This document shows, piece by piece, positions 10,010 through 19,439 of a stretch of 64,000 bases of DNA (position 1 is its first letter; each line of letters starts with the position of its first letter). The stretch lies in assembly GCA_965247455.1 (NCBI GenBank), contig CBDFHE010000016.1:183054-247053 (forward strand). Reading direction: 5' to 3'. This stretch comes from Candidatus Acidiferrales bacterium (lineage in GTDB: Bacteria; Acidobacteriota; Terriglobia; Acidiferrales; 2-02-FULL-67-57). The notes below the pieces were generated by a model, which did not search any database, was not told the DNA's origin, and saw nothing but the letters and a program-made list of their open reading frames with translations. The translations under genes and the position numbers were made by a program.

Positions 10010-11098
10010 CTATTCGAAGACGAGTGCGTTGACAGGGTCGGCGGCGGCGGCGCGCAGCGCTGGATAGACCGAGCCCAGCGTGCATCCCCCCAGCGCCAGC
10101 AATACCCCTTGCAGCAACCACGCTGGCGTGACCAGAATGGTCATGGTGGGGCGCAGGCTGATGACAATCTCTCTTACGCCATAGGTCGCCCCAATCCCCA
10201 CCACGACGCCGAAAACACCGATCAAGAGGGCTTCCCGCAACAGGAGCGTTACGATATTCCAGCGGGAGGCACCCAGCGCCTTGAGGATGCCGATCTCGCG
10301 CCGGCGTTCCAGGATGACGGTGTACATGCTCAGCAGCACCACCAGGAAGGTAATCAGCAGGCCCACCAAAATGATGGAGTTGGTGAAGGGCCGGACTTCG
10401 GGCAAGTTGCTGGAGACCATCAAGGAGAGATACTCATCCATCAGGCGGATGCGGTGCCGGGGTAGAAAAGCTGCGATGCGCTGGCGCACGGCGTTGGGGT
10501 CGCCCGTGGACTTGATCCAAAACATGGAGACGCGCTTCCCCACCGCCAGCAGTTCCTGCGCAGTCTGGAGGGGAATATACTGGCGGGCTCCGCGCCCACG
10601 CTCGGCGATCCCGCACACCCGCCACTGCCGGCCGAGCAGTTGCATCGCATCGCCGACCTTCAAGCCGCGTTCTTCGGCCCGGATGTCGTCAATGATTACG
10701 TCGTAGGGCCCCTGGAAAGGCCCACCTGCGCGGAAGAGGAAGCCGCGGCCTAAACGGTCATAGCTGTCGAAGTCAATGGCGTAAATTATGCTCAGGCTGG
10801 TATCGTTGACCACGGCAATCACGGGCGAGATTTTCTCAACGCCGTCGGTTTTCTGCAAGCGCTGGGTCAGGCTCTGGTTCAAGTTGGCGCTGGAAAAAGC
10901 AAAGAAAATCGAGGCGTTCGGGGGTTGCACCAGCAGGTCGGCGCCGATGCCTTGCACCCGCTCGCCCCACTCCTTCACGATGCCATCGGTCAGGCCCATC
11001 AGGAAAAGCAGCAGGAAGACTTGCAAGGCCACGGCGGTAACACTCAGCACCGTGCGTATGGGACGAGCGCGCAGGTTGGCCCAGATCAGTCTACCCAT
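10010..11098 (-). CDS. ABC transporter permease (MacB/FtsX-like)
   Basis: ERRREIGILKALGA; four TM helices; YPA...DPV. Confidence 0.88.
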   Translation of the reverse strand: MGRLIWANLRARPIRTVLSVTAVALQVFLLLFLMGLTDGIVKEWGERVQGIGADLLVQPPNASIFFAFSSANLNQSLTQRLQKTDGVEKISPVIAVVNDTSLSIIYAIDFDSYDRLGRGFLFRAGGPFQGPYDVIIDDIRAEERGLKVGDAMQLLGRQWRVCGIAERGRGARQYIPLQTAQELLAVGKRVSMFWIKSTGDPNAVRQRIAAFLPRHRIRLMDEYLSLMVSSNLPEVRPFTNSIILVGLLITFLVVLLSMYTVILERRREIGILKALGASRWNIVTLLLREALLIGVFGVVVGIGATYGVREIVISLRPTMTILVTPAWLLQGVLLALGGCTLGSVYPALRAAAADPVNALVFE

Positions 11099-11159
11099 GG
11101 GGTTTGCTTCCCTCTTCGGGCGTGCTCACTCAGCGAAGAGCAGCACAACACCCCACATC

Positions 11160-12012
11160 TAGTGGGTCATTTTGGAACTGGCAAGCAGATTGCTTAGGGA
11201 TAGGATGGCGATATGTACGAACGGCGTAGTCGGCTGAGCAAGGCGAAGCGGGATCGGTTGGTGGAGCACTTCGTTGCTGGGACGACGGCACGGGCGGCGG
11301 CTGAGCTTGTCGGGATTCATCGGAACACGGCCGCTTCGTTCTATACACGGATTCGCACGGTGATTGCCGAGGAGACCCAGAAAGCCTCTTCGGTTTGCGG
11401 CGAAATCGAAGTGGACGAGAGTTACTTCGGTGGTCGCCGCAAGGGCAAACGCGGTCGTGGTGCTGGCGGGAAAGTCCCGGTTTTCGGGCTTTTGAAGCGT
11501 GGAGGAAGGGTCTACACGGTGATGATCCCCAATGCCCATACGGACACGTTGATGCCGATCATGGAGCGCCTGATCCAGCCCGACAGCATCGTCTACACGG
11601 ATGGCTTTTCGAGCTACGATGCTCTGGATGTGTCGGACTTCCACCATGTTCGGATCAACCACTCGGAACGGTTCGTCGACGAACGGAACCACATCAGATC
11701 GAGAACTTCTGGAACCAGGCAAAGCGGCATCTTCGGCGCTTCAACGGGGTGCCCAAACAGAGTTTTCACCTCTTCCTGAAGGAGTGCGAATGGCGCTTCA
11801 ATGGCGGTAACCACCGGACACTGCTTAACCAATTGAAGACATGGATCAAATCGAGACAGAATCACCCTTAGCTAGGACAGCCCCTTTTGGAAATGTGAAT
11901 CTCACGCCGAGCCCCGTGGCACCTGCCACGGGGTGCTTTTGCCGCTCATCCACCCGGCGGCGGGTGCCGCCGGGCTCAGCGGTAAAGGTAACGTCGTCAA
12001 ACTGACCCACTA
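11160..12012. repeat. MITE-like element interrupted by IS1595
   Basis: TIRs TAGTGGGTCATTTTG / CAAACTGACCCACTA; two internal GC hairpins at about 11912-11975. Confidence 0.65.
11178..11884 (+). mobile_element. IS1595-family element with frameshifted transposase (11213..~11871)
   Basis: EVDESYFGG, VYTDG, and ENFW in a shifted frame near 11697; right IR CTAGGACAGCCCC; 8-bp TSD TTTTGGAA at 11170-77 and 11885-92. Confidence 0.85.
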
Positions 12013-12028
12013 CCAGTGATTAACCTGG

Positions 12029-12054
12029 GTAGGGCAGGGGCTTGTCCCCTGCCG
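12029..12054 (+). repeat. GTAG-type REP hairpin
   Basis: GTAG followed by GGCAGGGG-CTTGT-CCCCTGCC. Confidence 0.5.
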
Positions 12055-12097
12055 TTCTATCGTCTTATTGCATCAGATGCGCTGAGAGGAGAAAGCT

Positions 12098-13222
12098 TTG
12101 CCTGCGCGGAGGAGATGCCGTACACTAGCCGTCCCTTTCGATTTAATGCGTAACGTGAAGTTTCCCGACACATCTGAGCAGCCTGTCTTGCTCGTGACGG
12201 GCCTGTCGGGAAACATGGGCCGGCGCTTGGCGGCGCATCTGCCAGACCGCCGGCTGGTGGGGGTGGACCTCTTCTCCCCTCAATTTGACCACCCCCAGAT
12301 GCAGTTCTCGCAGCTCGACCTTTCCGCCTCTGACGCCCCGGCCAAGCTGGCCGAGTTGATGACCCGGTCCAACGTTCGGCAGGTTGTTCACTTGGCTTTT
12401 GTGCTGGACCCGGCGCGCACCGGCGCCCGGACGCGCCGACGGCAGTGGGAGATCAACGTGCTCGGCACCAAGCATCTACTGGATGCGATCGAGCGGGTGA
12501 ACAAGGCGCAGCGCCAAGTGGAACTCCTGCTCTACCTTTCCAGCGTCACCAGTTACGGGCCCATGCTGCCCGGGCCGGTGCGGGAAGACCACCCGCAGAA
12601 GCCCCACACCTATACCTACGCATTGCACAAGAAGGAAACCGACGAGCTGTGCCTCCGGCGGCATCCGCAGTTGAATGGGTGTGGGGTGTACATTGTGCGC
12701 GGGCACATTTTCCTGGGCGTCGGGGTGGAAAATTTTATTGTCCGGGCTCTGCAGGGACACGCCAGTGGGCGAAGCTGGCTGGGCCGTTGGGTGCAGCGCC
12801 GCGGGTGGCGCCTGCCGTTGTTGCTACCGTGGGGGCGCAAATATGGGGGTCTCTATCAGTTTATGGACATCGACGACGCCGCCCGCCTGTTGGCGTGGCT
12901 GTGCAAGAACTACGTCCCGGGACGGCTGGAAGTGCTGAACGCGCAAGGCCGGGGCGCGCCGGTGACGGGCGAACAGTTGGCGCGACTGGTGGGGCTTTCC
13001 ATCCTGAGACTTCCTTCCTACCGATTGGTGAGGCTCCTGTACCAATTGTTCTGGGCGCTCGGGATTTCCCCGGTTCCCGCCGAGGCCTACCCCTACTTCG
13101 CCGGCTCTTACGTGATGAATACCAGCAAGCTGGAGCAGTTGCTGGGAAAGGAATACGAGACCATCGTCCGCTGTACCACCGAAGAAGCGGTGCGCAAGAT
13201 CGCAATCCCCGATTCTCATTAG
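12098..13222 (+). CDS. NAD-dependent epimerase/dehydratase (start uncertain)
   Basis: LVTGLSGNMG, HLAF, SSVTSYG, YALHK. Confidence 0.85.
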   Translation: MPARRRCRTLAVPFDLMRNVKFPDTSEQPVLLVTGLSGNMGRRLAAHLPDRRLVGVDLFSPQFDHPQMQFSQLDLSASDAPAKLAELMTRSNVRQVVHLAFVLDPARTGARTRRRQWEINVLGTKHLLDAIERVNKAQRQVELLLYLSSVTSYGPMLPGPVREDHPQKPHTYTYALHKKETDELCLRRHPQLNGCGVYIVRGHIFLGVGVENFIVRALQGHASGRSWLGRWVQRRGWRLPLLLPWGRKYGGLYQFMDIDDAARLLAWLCKNYVPGRLEVLNAQGRGAPVTGEQLARLVGLSILRLPSYRLVRLLYQLFWALGISPVPAEAYPYFAGSYVMNTSKLEQLLGKEYETIVRCTTEEAVRKIAIPDSH

Positions 13223-13255
13223 CCACCCGAGCTGCTGCTGGCCCGGCATTAAAAG

Positions 13256-13345
13256 TTTTTAACAAGAATGTTGAAAAGCGTGTGGAAAAGAGGGAGCAGC
13301 GACCGACAAACGGCCCGCAGCCAGCTTCTTTACTCGGTTTGCACA
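13256..13345. promoter_or_regulatory. cluster of DnaA-box-like 9-mers
   Basis: TTTTTAACA, TGTTGAAAA, TGTGGAAAA (fits TTWTNCACA on minus strand) and GTTTGCACA between convergent genes. Confidence 0.4.
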
Positions 13346-13479
13346 AGACCGCAGCAGGAGGAACAGGAATTTTCTTTGGCACGGGGTTTGCTACGCTTCA
13401 ACAAATGCGGACTGAAGGTCGGCAGCAATCCTGCTGGGTGGGATGCCAGCGGAAAAGCTGCCGAATCAGAACAGAATCG

Positions 13480-13866
13480 TCAGTACCACTTCTTGGGTTT
13501 CTTGAGCTTGATTTCCAGAATCTGCTTGGGGCCGCGCAGGGTGTGGAAGCGGCCGTAGGTTTTCCATCCGGGCATAACTATCTGAACCAATACTTCGCCG
13601 ACCGGCAGAACCGGCAGGACGGCCCTGCCCTCGCGGTTGGTTTTGACGGTCCACTCATGGCGTTTGTCGCGCCGGAGCAGGCGTTTCCGCTTGAACTTGA
13701 TGTACACGGTCGCGTTGTCAATGGGTTTGCCCGTTTTTTCTGAGGTTACCTCTACCTCAAGGCGGACTAGCTTGTCCTGGTCGTCGGCAGCCACCAGCGC
13801 AGCAGTGGAGAGGAGCCAGACAGCAAACGCAAAGGCAAGGGCGGAGCTGCGGCTGGGTCCAATCAC
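13480..13866 (-). CDS. secreted carboxypeptidase-regulatory-like domain protein
   Basis: Signal peptide; GKPIDNATV, KTNREGRA. Confidence 0.7.
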   Translation of the reverse strand: MIGPSRSSALAFAFAVWLLSTAALVAADDQDKLVRLEVEVTSEKTGKPIDNATVYIKFKRKRLLRRDKRHEWTVKTNREGRAVLPVLPVGEVLVQIVMPGWKTYGRFHTLRGPKQILEIKLKKPKKWY

Positions 13867-14786
13867 GGTTGACTCTCCTGGGTGCGACGCCGCAAGCGCG
13901 GGCTGCCCTGTTCTCCGGGTTCGTAGAGCGAGTTCAAGTGCCGCCAGTGGAGCAGTCGAACCTTCAACTGGTCGAACCGGGAAGTGGAAACGACGTAATC
14001 CGTGCGCGCGGGTAACACCTGAGCAATCTCCTCCTGTGCTCTTTTGATGCGTTCTTTGCTCATGGGGTGAGTGGAGAAGACCTTGGGTAGATTCCCTTCT
14101 CTTTCGTGCTCGCTCAGCCGCTCCAGGAAATCGATCAGGGCGAGCGGGTCATAGCCGCTGCTGTAGGTGTACTGCAATCCGAGATAATCGGCCTCGCGTT
14201 CGGCGCCGCGGGCAAATTTCAAGAACGTGAGCGGCACCGCCAGCCCCAGCCCCTGCCGCACCGCCAGGCCCACCGGCCCGCCGACAAAGATCAGCGGCAG
14301 GCTGAACCATTGGAACAAAGTGGCTTTGGTAGCCCGCTTGGTGGCGTGGCGGGCGGTGACGTGGGCGATTTCGTGCGCCAGCACGCCGGCCAGCTCCGCT
14401 TCGGTCTGCGCCTCCAGGATGAGTCCCGTGTTCACGTAGACGAATCCACCCGGAAGGGCAAAGGCGTTGAGCTCGTCGGAATTGATGACCCGAACCGTGA
14501 AGGGCAGTTGCGCGTCCGAGTTGCGCACCAGGCGTTGGACCAGTTCGTTGACGTAAGCCTGAACCTCTTGGTCGCGCAACAGCAGGGAGGAGCTCTCTAC
14601 CTGCCCGGCCAATTGACGGCCTAGCTCAATCTCGCGCTCGATGGAGTAGAGGTTCCACGAGCCCTGGTTGATATCGCGCGCACCGATCTCTTCCACGTCT
14701 TTGTGTTTCTGGGCGAGCGCGCCGGGAGGCAGGCAAGCAAGAACCAGCAGAAGCGCGCATTTCATCGTCATGGCGTGCCGCATCAT
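13863..14786 (-). CDS. M48 family metalloprotease
   Basis: NAFALPGG, HEIAH, EREAD, STHP. Confidence 0.9.
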   Translation of the reverse strand: MMRHAMTMKCALLLVLACLPPGALAQKHKDVEEIGARDINQGSWNLYSIEREIELGRQLAGQVESSSLLLRDQEVQAYVNELVQRLVRNSDAQLPFTVRVINSDELNAFALPGGFVYVNTGLILEAQTEAELAGVLAHEIAHVTARHATKRATKATLFQWFSLPLIFVGGPVGLAVRQGLGLAVPLTFLKFARGAEREADYLGLQYTYSSGYDPLALIDFLERLSEHEREGNLPKVFSTHPMSKERIKRAQEEIAQVLPARTDYVVSTSRFDQLKVRLLHWRHLNSLYEPGEQGSPRLRRRTQESQP

Positions 14787-14951
14787 CGCTCGTCCCGCAG
14801 GCGCCGTACAGTCCCTAACAGCACATCTTTGGACAGGCGCGTTGCCCCCGTGCTACTGTAGTCCTCCTGCTGTCTCTGAAATTCTAACACGGTGTCATAA
14901 GAGAAACAAACCGGCGGCAGCACCGGATTGCCGAAAGGAGAAAGAATCCAC

Positions 14952-16091
14952 ATGGGCTTCGCCACCGATGCGATTCACGTGGGCCAAGAGCCGGACCCGG
15001 CCACGGGCGCCATCATCGTCCCCATCTACCAGACCTCCACCTACGTGCAGGAGGAGCTGGGCAAGCACAAGGGCTACGACTACGCCCGGGCGGGCAACCC
15101 CACGCGCACGGCCCTGGAGCGCAACCTGGCCCGGCTGGAAGGTGGGAGCCACGCGCTGACGTTTGCCTCGGGGATGGCCGCCATCAACGCTGTCATGACG
15201 CTGCTCCAGAGCGGTGACCACGTGATTTGCTCGCACGCGGTGTACGGCGGGGTGTACCGGCTGTTCACGCAGGTGCTGGCGCGCTTCGGGCTGGAGGCCA
15301 GTTTTGTGGATACCTCTTGCGCTGCCACGGTGGAGGCAGCCGTCAAGAAGAATACCCGCCTGCTCTACGTGGAGACGCCCACCAACCCGACCATGGCCCT
15401 CAGCGACCTGAAAGAGATGAAGCGGATAACGAGCGCTCACAAGCTCATGCTGGTGGTGGACAACACCTTCATGAGCCCCTACCTGCAACGGCCGCTGGAG
15501 TTCGGCGCCGACATGGTGGTGCACTCGACCACCAAGTTCCTCAACGGGCACAGCGACTCTATCGGCGGGGCGGTCATCCTGACGCGGCAGGAAGACTACG
15601 ACCGGCTCTACTTCATTCAGAAATCCGCCGGCGCCATCCTGAGTCCCTTCGACTGTTGGCTGGTGCTGCGCGGGGTCAAGACGCTGGCGGTGCGCATGCA
15701 GCAGCACGACAAGAACGGGCAGGCCATCGCCGAGTTTTTGGAAAAGCACCCGAAAGTGCAGCAGGTTTTCTACCCAGGGCTCAAAGCGCATCCGCAATAC
15801 GAGCTGGCTAAGAAGCAGATGAAGGGCTTCGGAGCGATGATCAGTTTCGAGCTGGGCTCGCTTGACGCTGCCAAGCGGATGCTGAAGCACGTCAAGCTCT
15901 GTTCGTTGGCCGAAAGCCTGGGTGGAGTCGAAACCCTCATTTCCCACCCCGTTACCATGACCCACGCCTCGGTGCCGCCGGAAGAACGCGCCAAGAACGG
16001 TATCACTGACGGCTTGGTGCGCATCTCAGCCGGCATTGAGGACGTCGAAGACCTGATCGCCGACCTCGACCGGGCTTTGCAACACGTCTAG
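14952..16091 (+). CDS. cystathionine gamma-synthase/gamma-lyase
   Basis: [33 protein letters not shown]. Confidence 0.92.
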   Translation: MGFATDAIHVGQEPDPATGAIIVPIYQTSTYVQEELGKHKGYDYARAGNPTRTALERNLARLEGGSHALTFASGMAAINAVMTLLQSGDHVICSHAVYGGVYRLFTQVLARFGLEASFVDTSCAATVEAAVKKNTRLLYVETPTNPTMALSDLKEMKRITSAHKLMLVVDNTFMSPYLQRPLEFGADMVVHSTTKFLNGHSDSIGGAVILTRQEDYDRLYFIQKSAGAILSPFDCWLVLRGVKTLAVRMQQHDKNGQAIAEFLEKHPKVQQVFYPGLKAHPQYELAKKQMKGFGAMISFELGSLDAAKRMLKHVKLCSLAESLGGVETLISHPVTMTHASVPPEERAKNGITDGLVRISAGIEDVEDLIADLDRALQHV

Positions 16092-16094
16092 CTT

Positions 16095-16210
16095 CGGTCC
16101 CGGTGGCGGGGGCCCTTCGGCTGTGCTCAGGACAGGCCACCGGGTTGGACGCAGGAGAGTTAGCCGGGGCAAACTGATGATCGTCCAGCCCAGCGGCCCC
16201 AGCCGCTGGG
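16095..16210. repeat. composite REP-like repeat (paralog of 52131-52321) with a 24-bp insert at 16114-16137
   Basis: Hairpins CCCGGTGGC..GCCACCGGG and CCAGCGGC-CCCA-GCCGCTGG. Confidence 0.7.
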
Positions 16211-16238
16211 GCTTAACGGCACTTTGGAAGGGCGCGAC

Positions 16239-16610
16239 TTACTTGCCTCGCTTACTTTCGGGCTTGGGAGTGGGCGCTGCGGGCTGCGGAGGCTCGCCGA
16301 CCGAGTCGGTCAGCCAGTTGAGGTAGTTGGGCGCGCCGTCGATGATGGGCAGGCAGATAACTTCCGGCACCTCGTAACTGTGCGCTTTCTCGACCGCGTG
16401 GCGCACCTGGTCGAAGAGCGAGCGAGAAGTCTTGATGACCAACAACACCTCTTGATCGTCGTTCAGCTTCCCTTCCCAGCGGTAGATAGAGCGGACGGGG
16501 CCGGTAATGTTCACGCAGGCGGCCAAGCGCGCTTCCACCAGAGCGCGGGCAATGCGCTCGGCTTCTTCGCTCGACCCGCAGGTTACTAGCACCACCACTT
16601 TGTCGGTCAT
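16239..16610 (-). CDS. cutA: divalent-cation tolerance protein CutA
   Basis: LAACVN, SIYRWEG, HSYEVPEV. Confidence 0.93.
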   Translation of the reverse strand: MTDKVVVLVTCGSSEEAERIARALVEARLAACVNITGPVRSIYRWEGKLNDDQEVLLVIKTSRSLFDQVRHAVEKAHSYEVPEVICLPIIDGAPNYLNWLTDSVGEPPQPAAPTPKPESKRGK

Positions 16611-16673
16611 CGTTCACCTACCTCGGCGCCTCGCGTTGCCGCTTGGCTGCTCCCACGGTACAATACGCGGTGA

Positions 16674-18089
16674 ATGCCACTCAAGCAGATTCATTTCGGC
16701 ACCAGCGGCTGGCGCGGCATCATCGGTGATGATTTTACCTTCGCGGGGGTGCGCGCCGCTTGCGCTGCCATCGCGGACTGCGTCCGAAAGGAAAATCCCA
16801 AAGATCCGCGACTGATTGTCGGTTACGATACGCGTTTTTACTCGCCTGAGTTTGCCCGCAGCGCCGTCAGCGTGCTGGCCGCGCGCGGCATCCATTCCTA
16901 CTTGTGCAAAGAACCCACGCCCACGCCGGCCATCGCGTGCGAGATTCTGCGCCGGCAAGCCGACGGCGGCATCAACTTCACCGCCAGCCACAACCCTGCC
17001 GACTACAACGGGCTGAAATTCTCCACTGCCGACGGCGCACCGACCTTGCCCCGCGTCACCCAGCAACTGGAAAATTTGGCGGAGAAGCACCTGCGACGCG
17101 GGGTGCCGGAGAACGGCAACGCCGATGCGAGCCGCTGGGAGGAGATTGATCCTCGTGACGGCTACCTGGAAACGTTGGCGGGCAAAGTGGATGTGGCCGC
17201 AATCCAGCAGGCCGAACTGAAAATTGCCTTCGACGCTCTCTACGGCACCAGCGCCGGCTACCTCGACCGCTTCTTGCGCGACCGGGACGTGGAAGTCCAC
17301 GCCCTGCACGGGCAGCGCGACGTGCTGTTCGGTGGGCACCCACCCGAGCCCGGCGACGACCGGCTGGGCGAGCTGCGACAACTGGTGCGTGAGCGCGGCG
17401 CCCACCTGGGCCTCGCCACCGACGGCGACGCTGACCGCTTCGGCATCCTCGACCGCACCGGAAGTTTCATTTCGCCCAATCACATCATTGCGCTGTTGCT
17501 TGACTACTTGCTGGAGACGCGGCCGGAGTGGCCACGTGGCGTGGCGCGGAGCGTGGCTACCACGCACCTGGTTGACGCCGTCGCGCGGCACCACAAGGTG
17601 CCCGTGTACGAGATGCCAGTGGGGTTCAAGTACATCGGCGAGCTCATCAAGCAGAACAAGATCACCATCGGGGGCGAAGAGAGCGCCGGGCTGACCATCT
17701 ACGGGCACGTGCCGGAGAAGGACGGCATCTTGGCCTGCCTGCTGGTGGCGGAGATGGTGGCGCGGCGGGGCGCGGCGCTGGGCGAGCAGCTTCAGGCGCT
17801 GTTCGCCAAGGTGGGCGCGTACTATCCCGTGCGGGTGAACCTGCATCTGTCAGACGAAGGGCAGGCGCGGGTGGCGGCGCGAATCAAGAAAGACCCGGCA
17901 AAGTTCAACGGGCGGCGGGTGGCGCGGGTGGATCGCACCGACGGGTTGAAGCTGCTGTTCGAGGACGACTCCTGGGTGCTGCTGCGGCTGTCGGGCACTG
18001 AGCCGGTGGTGCGCTGCTACTGCGAGGCGCACTCGGAGCAGGAAACGCAGGCCCTGGTGGAAGCGGCGCAGAAGTTCATCGCGGAGTAA
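16674..18089 (+). CDS. phosphoglucomutase/phosphomannomutase
   Basis: FGTSGWRG, TASHNP, DGDADR, GGEESAG, SGTEP. Confidence 0.93.
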   Translation: MPLKQIHFGTSGWRGIIGDDFTFAGVRAACAAIADCVRKENPKDPRLIVGYDTRFYSPEFARSAVSVLAARGIHSYLCKEPTPTPAIACEILRRQADGGINFTASHNPADYNGLKFSTADGAPTLPRVTQQLENLAEKHLRRGVPENGNADASRWEEIDPRDGYLETLAGKVDVAAIQQAELKIAFDALYGTSAGYLDRFLRDRDVEVHALHGQRDVLFGGHPPEPGDDRLGELRQLVRERGAHLGLATDGDADRFGILDRTGSFISPNHIIALLLDYLLETRPEWPRGVARSVATTHLVDAVARHHKVPVYEMPVGFKYIGELIKQNKITIGGEESAGLTIYGHVPEKDGILACLLVAEMVARRGAALGEQLQALFAKVGAYYPVRVNLHLSDEGQARVAARIKKDPAKFNGRRVARVDRTDGLKLLFEDDSWVLLRLSGTEPVVRCYCEAHSEQETQALVEAAQKFIAE

Positions 18090-18094
18090 ACGGG

Positions 18095-18424
18095 ATGCCT
18101 GTCAGGCGAAAACCATCCCCCTGGCGGCGGTTCCTGCTGATTGTGATCGGGCTGGGGTTGTTTGCGCTGGTGATGCACGCCGTCTTCGGGGAGCGCGGCT
18201 ATCTGGGGCTGCGTTCGCAGCGCGGCGAGTACGAGCGTTTGAAGCAAGAAGTGCGGACACTGGAAGAAGAAAACCAACAGTTGAAAAAGGAAATCAAGGC
18301 GCTGAAGTCCGACCCCAGTGCGGTCGAGCGCGTCGCCCGGGAAGAGTTGAAGATGGCCAAGCCGGGCGAAACCGTCATCACCCTGCCGGAAAAGAAAGAC
18401 CTCTCCACTGAGGATAAACCCTAG
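18095..18424 (+). CDS. ftsB: septum formation initiator FtsB/DivIC
   Basis: One TM helix, coiled coil, ERVAREELKMAKPGE. Confidence 0.85.
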   Translation: MPVRRKPSPWRRFLLIVIGLGLFALVMHAVFGERGYLGLRSQRGEYERLKQEVRTLEEENQQLKKEIKALKSDPSAVERVAREELKMAKPGETVITLPEKKDLSTEDKP

Positions 18425-18519
18425 CCGGGTTCCAGCAAGTAAAGATCTCTGTGTTGCTGCAAATTCTTATGGCTAGTAGTCTTGCTACTGCTTGATTTTG
18501 TTTCTCCCGACTTCGTCCG

Positions 18520-18575
18520 CCCCGTGGCAGGTGCCCTTCGGCTTTGCTCAGGACAGGCCACGGGGCTCGGCGTGG
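18520..18575. repeat. REP/MITE hairpin fragment with a 24-bp insert at 18535-18558
   Basis: Matches the reverse complement of about 11903-11933 once the insert is removed. Confidence 0.7.
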
Positions 18576-18586
18576 AAGGAAGGTAG

Positions 18587-19387
18587 TTAGCGGACTAGGC
18601 CGTCGAGGGGGCTGGAGGCGGAGGCGTAGAGCTTGCGGGGGATGCGGCCGGCGAGGTAGGCGTCGCGGCCGGCTTCGACGGCGGCCTTCATGGCGCGGGC
18701 CATCAGCGCTGTGTCTTTTGCTTCGGCGATGGCGGTGTTCATCAGCACGCCGTCGGCGCCCAGTTCCATAGCGATGGTGACGTCGGAGGCGGTGCCGACG
18801 CCGGCGTCCACGATCAACGGGACTTCGGTAATCCGCTCGCGCAGGATACGGATGTTGGCCTGGTTCTGAATCCCCATGCCGGAGCCGATGGGCGCGCCCA
18901 GCGGCATGACGGCGGCGGCCCCGGCGTCAATGAGCTTGCGAGCGGTCACCAGGTCGTCGTTGGTGTAGGGCAGGACGACGAAACCTTCTTTGACCAGAAT
19001 CCGCGTGGCTTCGAGGAGTTGTTCAACGTCGGGGAAGAGCGTCTGCTGGTCGCCGATGACCTCCAGCTTGACCCAGTGGGAGAGGCCGACTTCGCGGCCC
19101 AGCCGGGCGGTGCGCACGGCTTCGTCGGCGGTGTAGCAGCCGGCGGTGTTGGGCAGCAGGAAGAATTTGTCGCGGTCGATGTGGTCAAGCAAGGACTCTT
19201 TGGATTTGTCGGTCAGGTTGACGCGGCGAACGGCGACGGTGACCATCTCAGCACCGCTGGCTTGGTGCGCGCGCACCATTTCTTCCGAGGAACGGTACTT
19301 TCCGGTGCCGATGATGAGGCGGGAGCGGAAGGTCCGGCCGGCGATGGTCAACTGGTCGGTGACAACAGCAGTTTGCGTGGTGGCCAT
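18587..19387 (-). CDS. thiG: thiazole synthase
   Basis: [36 protein letters not shown]. Confidence 0.95.
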   Translation of the reverse strand: MATTQTAVVTDQLTIAGRTFRSRLIIGTGKYRSSEEMVRAHQASGAEMVTVAVRRVNLTDKSKESLLDHIDRDKFFLLPNTAGCYTADEAVRTARLGREVGLSHWVKLEVIGDQQTLFPDVEQLLEATRILVKEGFVVLPYTNDDLVTARKLIDAGAAAVMPLGAPIGSGMGIQNQANIRILRERITEVPLIVDAGVGTASDVTIAMELGADGVLMNTAIAEAKDTALMARAMKAAVEAGRDAYLAGRIPRKLYASASSPLDGLVR

Positions 19388-19439
19388 GACATTCCCCCCC
19401 CTCACACCATTTTAGGGTCAGGAGGGGTGGGAGCGCAAC

